Below, in pieces: positions 63,096 through 64,000 of a stretch of 64,000 nt of DNA. Source of the stretch: Octopus bimaculoides (lineage: Eukaryota); assembly GCF_001194135.2 (NCBI RefSeq), contig NC_068982.1, forward strand, positions 1,714,070-1,778,069. The letters run 5' to 3'. The notes under the pieces were generated by a model that did not search any database, had not been told where the DNA came from, and saw only the letters and a program-made list of their open reading frames with translations. The first letter of the stretch is position 1. Every line of letters begins with the position of its first letter. A program made the position numbers and the translations under genes.

Positions 63096-63464
63096 AAAAA
63101 AAATTCAGGCCTTGTGTATAGAGTAGAAAAGAATATATTAACTTCTTTAGAAATACACCGCTCTACCTGGGGCTAGATTTGAACTCAGAATGTATGAACT
63201 CATACAATCGTACACAATTTGCAATGGTGTTTTTTCTTTTGACATCTAAAAATAAAAAAAACAACAAAGCAATACGGTTAAAACCTACCTATTTTTACTT
63301 ATATCTGATCGCAGAAATGTTCTTTTTATTTCTAATATCAATCATAAGGTATACAATTGATCTCACATTCACACATACTTCCTCATTGTTTGTGTGTCTA
63401 TTTGTGCATATAAGAGTATGTATGTGTGTTTATCAATGTGTGTTTTTGTGTGTGTGTTTTCCAG

Positions 63465-63648
63465 TAGTGCACCGAAGGGTATCAAATTGACAAATGGAGC
63501 TGTCTTTAGATTTGTCGTAATTTGTTTGGCCTTTATTGTCGCATGCGAGGCATTCGATATCGTTGCAAAAATAAATTTAACAATTTACGCCAACGATTTA
63601 CATAATTCCTCCGTTTTGCGCTTCGAATGCATCAATCATATGGCTTCG
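63465..63648 (+). CDS. Candidate exon (phase 2-0, 61 codons) with hydrophobic segment
   Basis: gtgttttccag|SAPKGIKLTNGAVFRFVVICLAFIVACEAFDIVAKINLTIYANDLHNSSVLRFECINHMAS|gttggt; donor is weak. Confidence 0.22.
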
Positions 63649-63806
63649 GTTGGTCGTACACACACACACACACGCACGCATATACTAAAGGCACACATAT
63701 ATGTAAACACTCTTTTATGTTTATATATATATATACACATCAGTATCCAGGTGTTATAACACATATAAAGGGACATGTCGATATGTTTCAATATTAATTT
63801 ATACCA

Positions 63807-64000
63807 AAGGCGGTGAGCTGGCAGAATGATTAGCCCGCCGGGCGAAATGCTTAGCAGTATTTCGTCTGTCTTTACGTTCTGAGTTCAAATTCCGCGAGGT
63901 CGACTTTGCCTTTTATCCTTTCGGGGTCGATAAATTAAGTACCAGTTGCGTACTGGGGTAGATCTAATCGACTGGCCCCCTCCCCCAAAATTTCGAAAAG
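63807..64000 (+). mobile_element. SINE family A, young, running to the window end
   Basis: aaggcggtgagctggcagaatgattagc..ttctgagttcaaattccgcgaggtcgactttgcc..gataaattaagtaccagttgcgtactgggg. Confidence 0.95.

Overview
AT-rich eukaryotic (animal) genomic DNA from a gapped short-read-type assembly. It has nine N-gaps, nearly all bordered by (TA)n or (CA/TG)n. The SINE families and the microsatellite load look like a coleoid cephalopod, most likely Octopus; this is my recognition, not a database result. No complete, confidently nameable protein-coding gene, true tRNA, rRNA or CRISPR array is visible, and most long ORFs in the track are microsatellite or gap artefacts. The window is a transposon graveyard: more than 25 tRNA-derived SINE copies from about 6 families, RTE-clade LINE relics, a Gypsy RT-integrase fragment fused in frame by an internal deletion, three Tc1/mariner relics (a near full-length DD41D, a DD34E Tc1 and a maT-like one), a probable Chapaev-like relic and several hairpin MITEs. 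Best leads: (1) three pieces of an apparently ORF1-only (half-LINE, HAL1-like) retroelement family, with RRM-like plus CCHC Gag-knuckle ORF1 followed within about 300 bp by a shared 3' UTR and AATAAA and no ORF2; (2) a tRNA-Arg-like SINE whose tail folds as a Penelope-type minimal hammerhead ribozyme, plus other hammerhead relics; (3) a SINE-head/ORF1/SINE-tail chimera; (4) chains of phase-compatible candidate exons (including a 17-nt microexon) and small signal-peptide-like ORFs that may be unannotated host genes. All host-gene calls are low-to-moderate-confidence manual splice predictions.
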